Assembly: GCA_044344255.1 (NCBI GenBank)
Contig: JBIJDH010000005.1
Location: 192,001 to 256,000, forward strand
Direction of reading: 5' to 3'
DNA: 64,000 nucleotides
Origin: Myxococcota bacterium
GTDB lineage: Bacteria; Myxococcota_A; UBA796; UBA2385
This document shows positions 19,724 through 27,663 of the stretch, one piece after another. Under the pieces are notes generated by a model. The model saw only the letters and a list, made by a program, of their open reading frames with translations, was not told the DNA's origin and did not search any database. A program made the position numbers and the translations under genes. Numbering within the stretch: the first letter of the stretch is position 1; each line of letters starts with the position of its first letter.

Positions 19724-22700
19724 TGCGCCGGATGCCCATCCTTCCCTCTTCGCCGCTGCTCACCTCCCTGTGCGGGGTCCAGCACCGTGTGGGGAGCGGT
19801 CGCCTGGGGACGGTCTACCGCGCGACCCACCTCGAGACCGATCGCCCGGTCGCCCTGCGGGTCCTCTCGGAGCCCGTGAACGGCGACCACGGCCTCCGCC
19901 TCGCCTGGTGGCGAGAGGCCCGCCAGGCCGCAGGGCTCCGGCACCCCAACGTGGCGGCCGTCTATCGGGCGGGGGCGATCCAGCGCTCGGAGGAGGGGCT
20001 TACGCCCTTCCCGGTGGGGTCCCTCTGGCTGGCGTCGGAGTGGCTGGAGGGGCCCGCCCTCTCCAGCCAGCGCCTCGCCTTTGCGGATGTGGTGCCGATC
20101 GTCTCCAGCCTGTTGCGGGCCCTCGCCCACCTGCACGCCCGCGGGTATCGCCACGGCGCGGTGCGGGCGCGGAACCTGCGGTGCTCCACCCCGGGAGGGG
20201 CGGCCCGGCTCTGTGACATGGGGATGGACCGCATCGATGCGCTGGTCCACGAGAGCAGCGATCTGGCCAGCCTCCACGGCCCGGTGGTCACCGACCTCGC
20301 CTCGGTGGCGGTGCTCGTCTCCGCGCTGGTGCCCGCCCCGCGTCCGCCCGGCGTGGACGACTGGATCGCCGGCCTCCGCGGCGTGGGCCGCGCGCGCCCC
20401 TTCACCCACTCCGCGGACGCCCGTCTCGCCTGGGAGGCCCTCACCGGCGTCCCCTCCGAGGCCCCCGTCGAGGATGCGTCGAACGCCGCTCGCTACCTCA
20501 ACTTTGATGGCGCCCCCGATCCCTGGCCCCTCGTCGGCCGGGGCGCTGAGCGGGAGCTCCTCGACTCCGCGCTCCGGCGCGTACGGGCGGAGGGCCGCCC
20601 CCGCGCCGTGGTGCTCTCGGGCCCCCCCGGGGTCGGTCGCGACGCCCTCGCGAGCGCGCTGTCCACGGGGGCCGACGAGCTCGGCCTCGCCTGGTCCCTC
20701 GTCGCCTGGCACGGGCCCTTCTCGACGCGGGGCCACGGTCTCGGCGGGATGATGGCCCGCTTCCTCGGCTGCGACGGGATGGTGCCGCCCCTCTCCCGCA
20801 TCCGCGCCGAGACCCGCCTCCAAGACCTCGGGGTCGACGCGGAGTTCGTCCGCCGCTTCGTTGCGGTCTGGGTGGAGGACGGCTCCGGGCGGGTGCCGGC
20901 CAGCCCGGTGGAGCAGGCCGAGGTCCTCCAAGGCCTGCTGGAGCGCCTCTCCCGAGAGAAGCCGGTCATCCTGCGGCTCGACGAGGCCCACTGGAGCCAG
21001 GACGCCCTGGCGCTCGCCGACCACCTGCTCTCGTCGCCGCAGACCACGAGCCTGCCCGTCCTGCTCGTGCTCACCGTGCGCTCCGACCTCGTCCCCCGGC
21101 GCCCCGCCGAGGAGGCCCGCCTCCGCCGCCTCCTCGAGCGGCCGCACTGCGGGCTCGTCACGCTCGGCCCCCTCGGGATGACCGAGCGGCGGGCCCTCCT
21201 CGAGGACCAGCTCCACTTCCTGCCCTCCGCCGCGACCCGCCTCGCCGAGGCCTCGCTCGGCAGCCCGCTCTACCTCCACGAGGTGCACGCGCAGCTCCGA
21301 GCGACCGGGGGCCTCCGCCGGCCGGCCCGCGGGGAGGTCGCGCTCACCGACGAGGTGTCGGCGCTGCCCTCCGACGTCGACGTCATCTGGCAGCGGCGCC
21401 TCCATCACCTGCTCGACGAGGTCGCCCCCGGCTCGAGTGACGCGGTCGAGATCGCGGCCGTGCTCGGCGGCCTCGTGGACGCGCGGGAGTGGCGGGAGAT
21501 CTGCGCCAAGGAGCGCGCGAACATCGACCCTGGCCTCGTCGACCTCCTGTTCCACGAGGGCCTCGCCCAGCCGATCCCCCGCGCCGCGCCCGGCGCCTGG
21601 CGCTTCAGCCACGGGCTCTTGGTGCGGGCGATCATCCACCGGGCGGCGCGCGGAGGCCGCCTCGCGAGCCATCACAGGGCGGTGGCCCGCTACCTCGAGA
21701 GCCTGCCCGAGGACAAACACCCGGCTCGCCGGGCCCGCCCCTTCCGACACCGCCTCGCCGCCGGCGAGGTCGACAAGGTCTTCGAGACGGCGGTGGGCCT
21801 CGTGCGCAGCTCGCTCGCCGGGGGCCTCCTCCGCGCGGCCCTCGAGCTGACCGATCGGCTCGAGCGGGCCATCGACGTCGCCGGGGACGGCCCCGAGGCC
21901 GTGCGCCGCGCCTGGCTCTGGGCCCTCCGCGCCGAGGCGCGCACCCTCGAGGGGGCCTCCGAGCAGGCCTGGCCGCTCATCGCGCGCACCGAGGCCACCT
22001 CCCGGCGCTTCGGTTGGTCGAACCTCCTCGCGCTCTCGCTCGTCCTCCGCGTCCGGGCCCAGCGCGCCGAGCGGGAGCCCGAGCTCACCCGCAAGCGGCT
22101 GATCGAGGCGGAGGCCCTGCTCGAGCGGGGCGGTCCCGCCTGGCTCCGAGCCCGGGTGCGCATGGAGGCCGCCCGCCTCGCCCTCGAGCAGGGGGACTGG
22201 GAGGGGGCCGCCGACGAGCTCGCCGAGGCCCGACCCCTCTGGGAGGAGGCCCGCGATCCGGTCGGCGTGGCCCACTGCTGGCTCGGCCTCTCGCGCCTCG
22301 CCGCCTTGGAGGGCGACAGCGACGTCGCCGCGCGCCGCCTCGAGGCCGCGATGCACCACTTCGAGTCCGCAGGCGCCTGGCTTGGGGTGGCGGAGGCCCA
22401 CGCGCTCGCCGGAGATCAGCTCCGCCACGGCGGGAGCCTCGAGCCGGCGCTCGCCCGCTACTCGGCGGGGCGGCGCATCGTCGACGCCCTCGGCCTGCCC
22501 GGCCTCCTCGACGCAGAGCTGGGCGAGGCCCTCGTCGAGGTGGGCCGAGGCGACTGGCGCCAGGCTCGCCGGCTGCTCGTCCCCCTGCTCGACCGCGTGG
22601 CCGGCGGCGCCTCCCCGGTCCTAGAGGCCGGCGCCCAGCTCGGGCTCGCCGCCTGCGCCGCCGGGCTCCACGATCGGCCTGCCCTCGACCGGCACCTCGA

Positions 22701-22899
22701 CGCGGCGCGGCAGAGCCTCCGCGACTCCGATCGGGTCGACATCGAGCTCGCCCTCCTCGCCGAGCGGGTGGGCGAGCTCTCCTCCGCCATCGAGGACAAG
22801 TCCCACGCCCGCCGCGCCTGGCGCCTCGCCGCCTCGCAGCTCCGGGGCCTCGGTCGGGTCGAGGAGGCGGCGCGGGCCGAGACCCTCTCCTCTGGCTGA
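19720..22899 (+). CDS. Pseudokinase + STAND/AAA ATPase + TPR-like protein
   Basis: Degenerate kinase (GSGRLGTVY, VALR, HGAVRARN, DMG), LVGRGAE, GPPGVGRD, LDEAHWS, GSPLYL, WRFSHGL, helical C-terminus. Confidence 0.8.
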   Translation: MMRRMPILPSSPLLTSLCGVQHRVGSGRLGTVYRATHLETDRPVALRVLSEPVNGDHGLRLAWWREARQAAGLRHPNVAAVYRAGAIQRSEEGLTPFPVGSLWLASEWLEGPALSSQRLAFADVVPIVSSLLRALAHLHARGYRHGAVRARNLRCSTPGGAARLCDMGMDRIDALVHESSDLASLHGPVVTDLASVAVLVSALVPAPRPPGVDDWIAGLRGVGRARPFTHSADARLAWEALTGVPSEAPVEDASNAARYLNFDGAPDPWPLVGRGAERELLDSALRRVRAEGRPRAVVLSGPPGVGRDALASALSTGADELGLAWSLVAWHGPFSTRGHGLGGMMARFLGCDGMVPPLSRIRAETRLQDLGVDAEFVRRFVAVWVEDGSGRVPASPVEQAEVLQGLLERLSREKPVILRLDEAHWSQDALALADHLLSSPQTTSLPVLLVLTVRSDLVPRRPAEEARLRRLLERPHCGLVTLGPLGMTERRALLEDQLHFLPSAATRLAEASLGSPLYLHEVHAQLRATGGLRRPARGEVALTDEVSALPSDVDVIWQRRLHHLLDEVAPGSSDAVEIAAVLGGLVDAREWREICAKERANIDPGLVDLLFHEGLAQPIPRAAPGAWRFSHGLLVRAIIHRAARGGRLASHHRAVARYLESLPEDKHPARRARPFRHRLAAGEVDKVFETAVGLVRSSLAGGLLRAALELTDRLERAIDVAGDGPEAVRRAWLWALRAEARTLEGASEQAWPLIARTEATSRRFGWSNLLALSLVLRVRAQRAEREPELTRKRLIEAEALLERGGPAWLRARVRMEAARLALEQGDWEGAADELAEARPLWEEARDPVGVAHCWLGLSRLAALEGDSDVAARRLEAAMHHFESAGAWLGVAEAHALAGDQLRHGGSLEPALARYSAGRRIVDALGLPGLLDAELGEALVEVGRGDWRQARRLLVPLLDRVAGGASPVLEAGAQLGLAACAAGLHDRPALDRHLDAARQSLRDSDRVDIELALLAERVGELSSAIEDKSHARRAWRLAASQLRGLGRVEEAARAETLSSG

Positions 22900-22942
22900 T
22901 GGCTGGGTGGACGGGGTGGCGGCCCTGGGGGTCGGCGTGGGC

Positions 22943-23722
22943 TCAGCCGAGGTCGAAGACCTCATGCCGCCGCGCCGCCCCTGCGAAGCCGGTGAGCTCC
23001 TGGCCCTCCGGCACGGCGGTGTGGTGCATGAGGGTGACCTGCCCGCGCAGAGACGCGGGGAGCGTGCAGAGCTCGGCGAAGTGGGTGTGGACGGTGCCGC
23101 GGAAGGGCCGCGCGAACATGCACTCGTGGAAGATGCGGTCGGCCTCGGCGGCCTCGGCGATCCAGCCGGGGGAGAAGGTGGTGTCCCCGCTCCACCAGAC
23201 CCTGCGGTGGCGGTCGCGGATCTCGATGCCGTAGGCGGCCTTGTCGACGTGGGCGCCGACGACGTGGGGGACGCGGAACCACCGGAAGCGGACACCGCCG
23301 ATCTCGGTCTCCTGCGTGCGGTGGCGGCGGAGCAGGGCCTCGATGGCCCCGCTGCGGGCCTCTCCGTGGGGGTCGGAGAAGGGGTCGAGGAAGGGCTCGA
23401 GGGAGCGGCAGAGCGGGTCGATCAGGTCTTCCGGGCCGACGAGCTCGGTGTGCGCGAAGGCGGGCCCCTCGCCGGGGTGGGGCGGCAGGTACATCCGCTC
23501 CCAGATGAGCTGCTCGGGGCTCGCGTGATCGGCGTGGAGGTGGGTGAAGAGGATGGCGCGCAGGGCCGTGGCGTGGACGCCGAGCTCCCGCAGGCTCTGG
23601 GCGGCGGTGGTGCCGCAGTCGAGCAGGACGGGGCCCTCTTCGGTGTCGACCAGCGCGTTGTTGTGGTAGTTCACGCGGTAGTCGGTGAAGGCTCCGCCCG
23701 AGCCGAGGAAGGTGATGCGCAA
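22943..23722 (-). CDS. Metallo-beta-lactamase fold hydrolase (RNase Z/phosphodiesterase-like)
   Basis: TTG start after GGAGG. FLGSGGAF, LLDCG, THLHADH, SGDT, FHEC, VHTH, MHH. Confidence 0.88.
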   Translation of the reverse strand: MRITFLGSGGAFTDYRVNYHNNALVDTEEGPVLLDCGTTAAQSLRELGVHATALRAILFTHLHADHASPEQLIWERMYLPPHPGEGPAFAHTELVGPEDLIDPLCRSLEPFLDPFSDPHGEARSGAIEALLRRHRTQETEIGGVRFRWFRVPHVVGAHVDKAAYGIEIRDRHRRVWWSGDTTFSPGWIAEAAEADRIFHECMFARPFRGTVHTHFAELCTLPASLRGQVTLMHHTAVPEGQELTGFAGAARRHEVFDLG

Positions 23723-23765
23723 GACGGCCTCCGCAGAGGAGCCTATCTGTCGGCGCCCCGCCGAC

Positions 23766-23810
23766 GCCACTGACCAGCGGGACACTGACGGAGAGGACAC
23801 TGACCGGGGG
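23766..23810. repeat. Three tandem 15-bp imperfect direct repeats, core CACTGAC
   Basis: GCCACTGACCAGCGG / GACACTGACGGAGAG / GACACTGACCGGGGG in the divergent MBL-EVE intergenic region. Confidence 0.8.
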
Positions 23811-23852
23811 GAGGCGCTCGGGTTAGGGCGCGCCCCCCCACAGAGGTGTCCG

Positions 23853-24317
23853 GTGGCCCGAACCTGGCTGATGAAGAGCGAGCCCAGCGTCTTCTCGATC
23901 GACGACCTCGCCCGCGTGGGCACCACGCATTGGGAGGGCGTTCGGAATTACCAAGCGCGAAACTCGATGCGCGACGACATGAAGGTCGGCGACCTGGTGA
24001 TCTTCTACCACTCGAACGCCGAGCCCACCGGGGCCGCGGGCGTGGCGCGGGTCTCTCGCGAGGCCTACCCCGACCCCGACGGATGGGACCCCGAGTCCCC
24101 CTACTTCGATCCGAAGGCCTCCCCTGAGAACCCGCGCTGGGTGCTGGTCGACCTCAGCTTCGTCGAGCGCTTCCCCGCCGTGGTGAGCCTCGTGACCTTG
24201 AAGGCCACCCCCGCCCTCGAGGGGATGATGGTGACCAAGAAGGGGATGCGCCTGTCCGTTCAGCCCGTGGAGGTCGCCCACTTCGACGAGGTCGTCCGGA
24301 TGGGCCGCGGCGCCTGA
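23853..24317 (+). CDS. EVE domain-containing protein
   Basis: WLMKSEP, WEGVRNYQARN, GDLVIFYHSN, YFDPKA...PRW, RLSVQPV. Confidence 0.95.
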   Translation: MARTWLMKSEPSVFSIDDLARVGTTHWEGVRNYQARNSMRDDMKVGDLVIFYHSNAEPTGAAGVARVSREAYPDPDGWDPESPYFDPKASPENPRWVLVDLSFVERFPAVVSLVTLKATPALEGMMVTKKGMRLSVQPVEVAHFDEVVRMGRGA

Positions 24318-24345
24318 GCGAGGGCGCCGTCGGGCCTCAGGCGCC
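24309..24345. terminator. Inverted repeat spanning two convergent stop codons (possible bidirectional hairpin)
   Basis: GGCGCCTGAG-N17-CTCAGGCGCC, without a U-tract. Confidence 0.3.
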
Positions 24346-27300
24346 TCGCCCGAGCTCGAGCTTCAGGGCGTCGGCCTCGGCGCGCCAGGCGGGATCAGCC
24401 TCGAAGCGGAGGGCGAGCCTCAGGGCCTCGAGGCGGAGCTGCCGCAGCCCGGGGAGGGTGGTCCGGTGGAGGGCGTCCCGGGAGACCGAGACCGCGGCCG
24501 GATCTCCCGCCTTGCGGAGGGCCTGACCGAGGTCGAGCGAGGCCCGCGCCGCGAAGGCGGGCAGCGGCGCCGGGGGCCGGAAGAGGGCCGACTGTGCGGC
24601 CTTGATGGCACGGCGGGGGTCGGAGGCGGAGAGGGCCCGCGCGCGCACCGCGGCGTGGGCGGTGAGCGGGTCTTCGAGCAGCATGCGCCCGACCCCGGGG
24701 GGCTCCCGCAGCAGCCCGGCGGCCTCGTCGGGGCGGTCGGCGAGGCAGAGGGCCCGGGCGACGAGGACCACGGCGAGCAGCTCCTGGCCGTTCATCGAGG
24801 CCTGCGCGAAGGGGCGGGCGCCGTAGGTGGCCAGCTCGGCGCTGCGGCTGGCCTCGTCGCGGTCGCCGCGCAAAGCGTGGGCCTCGACGGAGATGGCGAG
24901 GCCGCGCAGCGCCCAGGTCGGGGCGCCGGCCGCGCGGAGGAGCCGCTCGGCCTCGCCGGCGCGCTCGGCGGCCTCCACCAGCCGACCGTCGACGAGCGCG
25001 AGGTCAGCCTGGTGGATGAGCAGGCGGCCGAGGGGGGCTCCGCCGGTCTGCTCCCGGAGGCGGTCCTCGGCGGCCTCGAGGATGTTGCGGGCCTGGGCGA
25101 GGTCTCCCTCGATCTGCGCGGCGGCGGCCCTCCCGAGCGCGGCGTCGGCCTGCAGGGCCCGGCTGCCGGTCTGCTCGCCCAGCCGCTCGAGGGCGTCGAG
25201 CAGGTCACGGGCCCCCGCGAGCTGCCCGCGGTGGAGGCGCGCCAGCATGAGGGTGACGGCGACCCGCGGCCAGAGGGGGTCGCCGGGCGGCAGCGCGGTG
25301 ATGGTGGGGTCGAGGGCCGCCACGGCGCCGTCGCCGTCGCCTCGGGCGGCGCGGACGAGGCCGATGCCTGCCTGGGCGCGCGTCATGCCCTCGGCGTCTC
25401 CTTCGCCGCTGGCCCAGTCGAAGGCCCGCTCCCACGAGCCCAAGGCGCCTGTGAGCTCGCCGGAACGCTCGAGGACCTCCCCCTCCAGGGCGTGGAGCTG
25501 ACCGCGGAGCTTGCGGGCCTCCACGGGCGGGAGGCGGGGCTCGGCGGCGGGCCCGGCGTCAAGGGCCTGTCGGAGCAGGCGGTGGGCCTCGGGGACCTCG
25601 TCTGTGCGCAGCTTTCGGCGGGTGGCGTCGATCAGCAGGGGCCAGGCCTCGGCCACCTGCCCGCCGCGCTGGAGGTGGTGCGCGATGAGCTCGGACCACG
25701 CCCCGGCGCGCCGTCGGGCTCGCCGGCGGAGCGCGGCCGCGGCGCCGCGGTGGAGGGCGATGCGCTGCTCGGGCTCGATCAGGCCGTAGAAGAGCTCGCG
25801 CTGACCGGGGCGGCCGAGCGCGACGAGCTCTTGGACACCCTCCACCCAGGTGCGCACGAGGCCCTCCTCTCCGAGCAGGGCGACCGAGCGTTCGACCGTG
25901 CCCATGTCGAGGCCGGCGGTGTCGGCGATGAGATCAGCGGTGACCTCCATCGCGAGGACGACGACGGCGTCCCAGATCTTGCGGCTGTCGGGGTCGAGGC
26001 CGACGAGGCGCGCCGCCTCCTCGTGGAGCACCCGATCGGGCACCGGAAGGGGCTCCTCGCGCAGGGCGTCGAGGCCGCGGGTGGCGCGGAGGCCCTGTTC
26101 GTCTTCATCCCGGACGAGCCAGCCCGCGCGGATGAGGGCGGCGATGTGCTCGACCACGAGCCCGGGGAGTCCGCCGAGCTCGTCGTGGAGCCGGGCCCCG
26201 AGGGTGACCCCGGCCGCGCCGCCGACGCCCCGGTCGCGCACGAGGGCGATGACGGACTTGCGGTCCAGCGGGCCGAGCTCCAGCACGTCGGGGGAGAGGC
26301 CGGTGGCGGCGCCGGTGCAAAAGGCGGCGACGTCGCCCTCACGGCTCGCCACCGCCGTGATCACGAGCAGGGGCTCCCCCTCGATGGCGACGGCCTGCCG
26401 GACGAGCTCGGTGAGGGCGTCGCGGTCGGCGCCGCCCACCCGATCGAGGTCATCGACCACGAGGGTCCAGGGGCGGCCGCGGGTGCGGGCGCTCAGCAGG
26501 GCGGCGCCGCTCTGGTTGGGGAGGTCGGCGGCGACGGGCACCTGGGCGGCGAGGCGGTCAATCACCCCGGCGTCGGCGGCGCTGGAGGCCACGTCGTGGC
26601 CGCTCTGGCGGGCTTGATCGACCAGCTCGGCGAGGAGGGAGGAGCGGCCGACGCCGGGGTCGCCCTCGAGCACGATCACGCCGCCCCCCAGCGTGGGCAG
26701 GCCCTCGATCCGCCCCAGCAGGCGCACCAGCTCCGCCTCTCGGCCGTGCAGCGGCGACCGCTCTGGGCGCTCCTCCTGATCGAGGGCGGCGAGCACCTGG
26801 CGGGCGCTAGCATAGCGCTGGGATGCGTCCTTTCGCAGCAGCCGCATCGCGATGCGCTCGAGGTGGGCGGGCACCCGGGGATCGATCTCGGAGGGCGCCT
26901 TGGGCGTGTGCGTGAGGTGGCGCGCGAGGTAGCCGGCGATGTTGTCGGCCACGATGGGCCGCTCGCCGGTGAGCATGAGGTAGAGGCAGGCGCCGAGGCT
27001 GTAGAGGTCTGCGCGGGCATCGACCCCCTCCGCCATGATCTGCTCGGGGGCCATGAAGGCGACGGTGCCCACGAGGCGGCCGGCCATCGTGAGCTGCGTG
27101 CTGAACATGCCGCCCTGGGCCTTGACGACGCCGAAGTCGGTGAGCTTGGGGCGACCGTCGGCGGTGACGAGCACGTTGCTCGGCTTGAGGTCGCGGTGGA
27201 TCAGGCCCCGCTCGTGGACATACGCGAGGGCGGCCGTGAGCGCGCGGAAGATGGCCTCGACCTTAGCGAATCGTCCGGCGGGAGGGTCTGACTTCCAGCC

Positions 27301-27618
27301 GTCGAGCACGGTGCCGAGGTCGGTCCCGTCGACGTACTCCATCGCGATCCAGGGGTAGGCCCCGTGGCGGCCGGCCTCGATCACCCGCACGATACCGGGG
27401 TGGTCCAAGTCGCGGAGGGTAAGGAATTCTCGCTTGAACCTTCGCTCCTCCTCGGTGTCGGCCTTGCCGGGGTGCAGGATCTTGAGCGCGACCACCCCGT
27501 GCTCGGCGCTCTCGGCCCGGTACACCGTCGCCATGCCGCCGACGCCGAGCATCTCGGCGAGCGCGTAGGCGCCTACCCGGTCGCCGGGGAGGGGGGGCGG
27601 TGTGACGGCAGGAGGCAT
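24337..27618 (-). CDS. Ser/Thr protein kinase + STAND/AAA ATPase + TPR-like protein
   Basis: Intact kinase (GVGGMATVY, VALK, HRDLKPSN, DFG, APE, DLYSLG), then LHGREAE, GDPGVGRS, VVDDLD, helical C-terminus. Confidence 0.9.
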   Translation of the reverse strand: MPPAVTPPPLPGDRVGAYALAEMLGVGGMATVYRAESAEHGVVALKILHPGKADTEEERRFKREFLTLRDLDHPGIVRVIEAGRHGAYPWIAMEYVDGTDLGTVLDGWKSDPPAGRFAKVEAIFRALTAALAYVHERGLIHRDLKPSNVLVTADGRPKLTDFGVVKAQGGMFSTQLTMAGRLVGTVAFMAPEQIMAEGVDARADLYSLGACLYLMLTGERPIVADNIAGYLARHLTHTPKAPSEIDPRVPAHLERIAMRLLRKDASQRYASARQVLAALDQEERPERSPLHGREAELVRLLGRIEGLPTLGGGVIVLEGDPGVGRSSLLAELVDQARQSGHDVASSAADAGVIDRLAAQVPVAADLPNQSGAALLSARTRGRPWTLVVDDLDRVGGADRDALTELVRQAVAIEGEPLLVITAVASREGDVAAFCTGAATGLSPDVLELGPLDRKSVIALVRDRGVGGAAGVTLGARLHDELGGLPGLVVEHIAALIRAGWLVRDEDEQGLRATRGLDALREEPLPVPDRVLHEEAARLVGLDPDSRKIWDAVVVLAMEVTADLIADTAGLDMGTVERSVALLGEEGLVRTWVEGVQELVALGRPGQRELFYGLIEPEQRIALHRGAAAALRRRARRRAGAWSELIAHHLQRGGQVAEAWPLLIDATRRKLRTDEVPEAHRLLRQALDAGPAAEPRLPPVEARKLRGQLHALEGEVLERSGELTGALGSWERAFDWASGEGDAEGMTRAQAGIGLVRAARGDGDGAVAALDPTITALPPGDPLWPRVAVTLMLARLHRGQLAGARDLLDALERLGEQTGSRALQADAALGRAAAAQIEGDLAQARNILEAAEDRLREQTGGAPLGRLLIHQADLALVDGRLVEAAERAGEAERLLRAAGAPTWALRGLAISVEAHALRGDRDEASRSAELATYGARPFAQASMNGQELLAVVLVARALCLADRPDEAAGLLREPPGVGRMLLEDPLTAHAAVRARALSASDPRRAIKAAQSALFRPPAPLPAFAARASLDLGQALRKAGDPAAVSVSRDALHRTTLPGLRQLRLEALRLALRFEADPAWRAEADALKLELGRGA

Positions 27619-27663
27619 CGAGGGGGGAGTCTACACCGGCGGGAGGGCGTGCCGCGTCCGGCT

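Noticed and set aside
23766..23810. CRISPR mini-array
   Set aside because: The 15-bp period is far too short and there are no cas genes.
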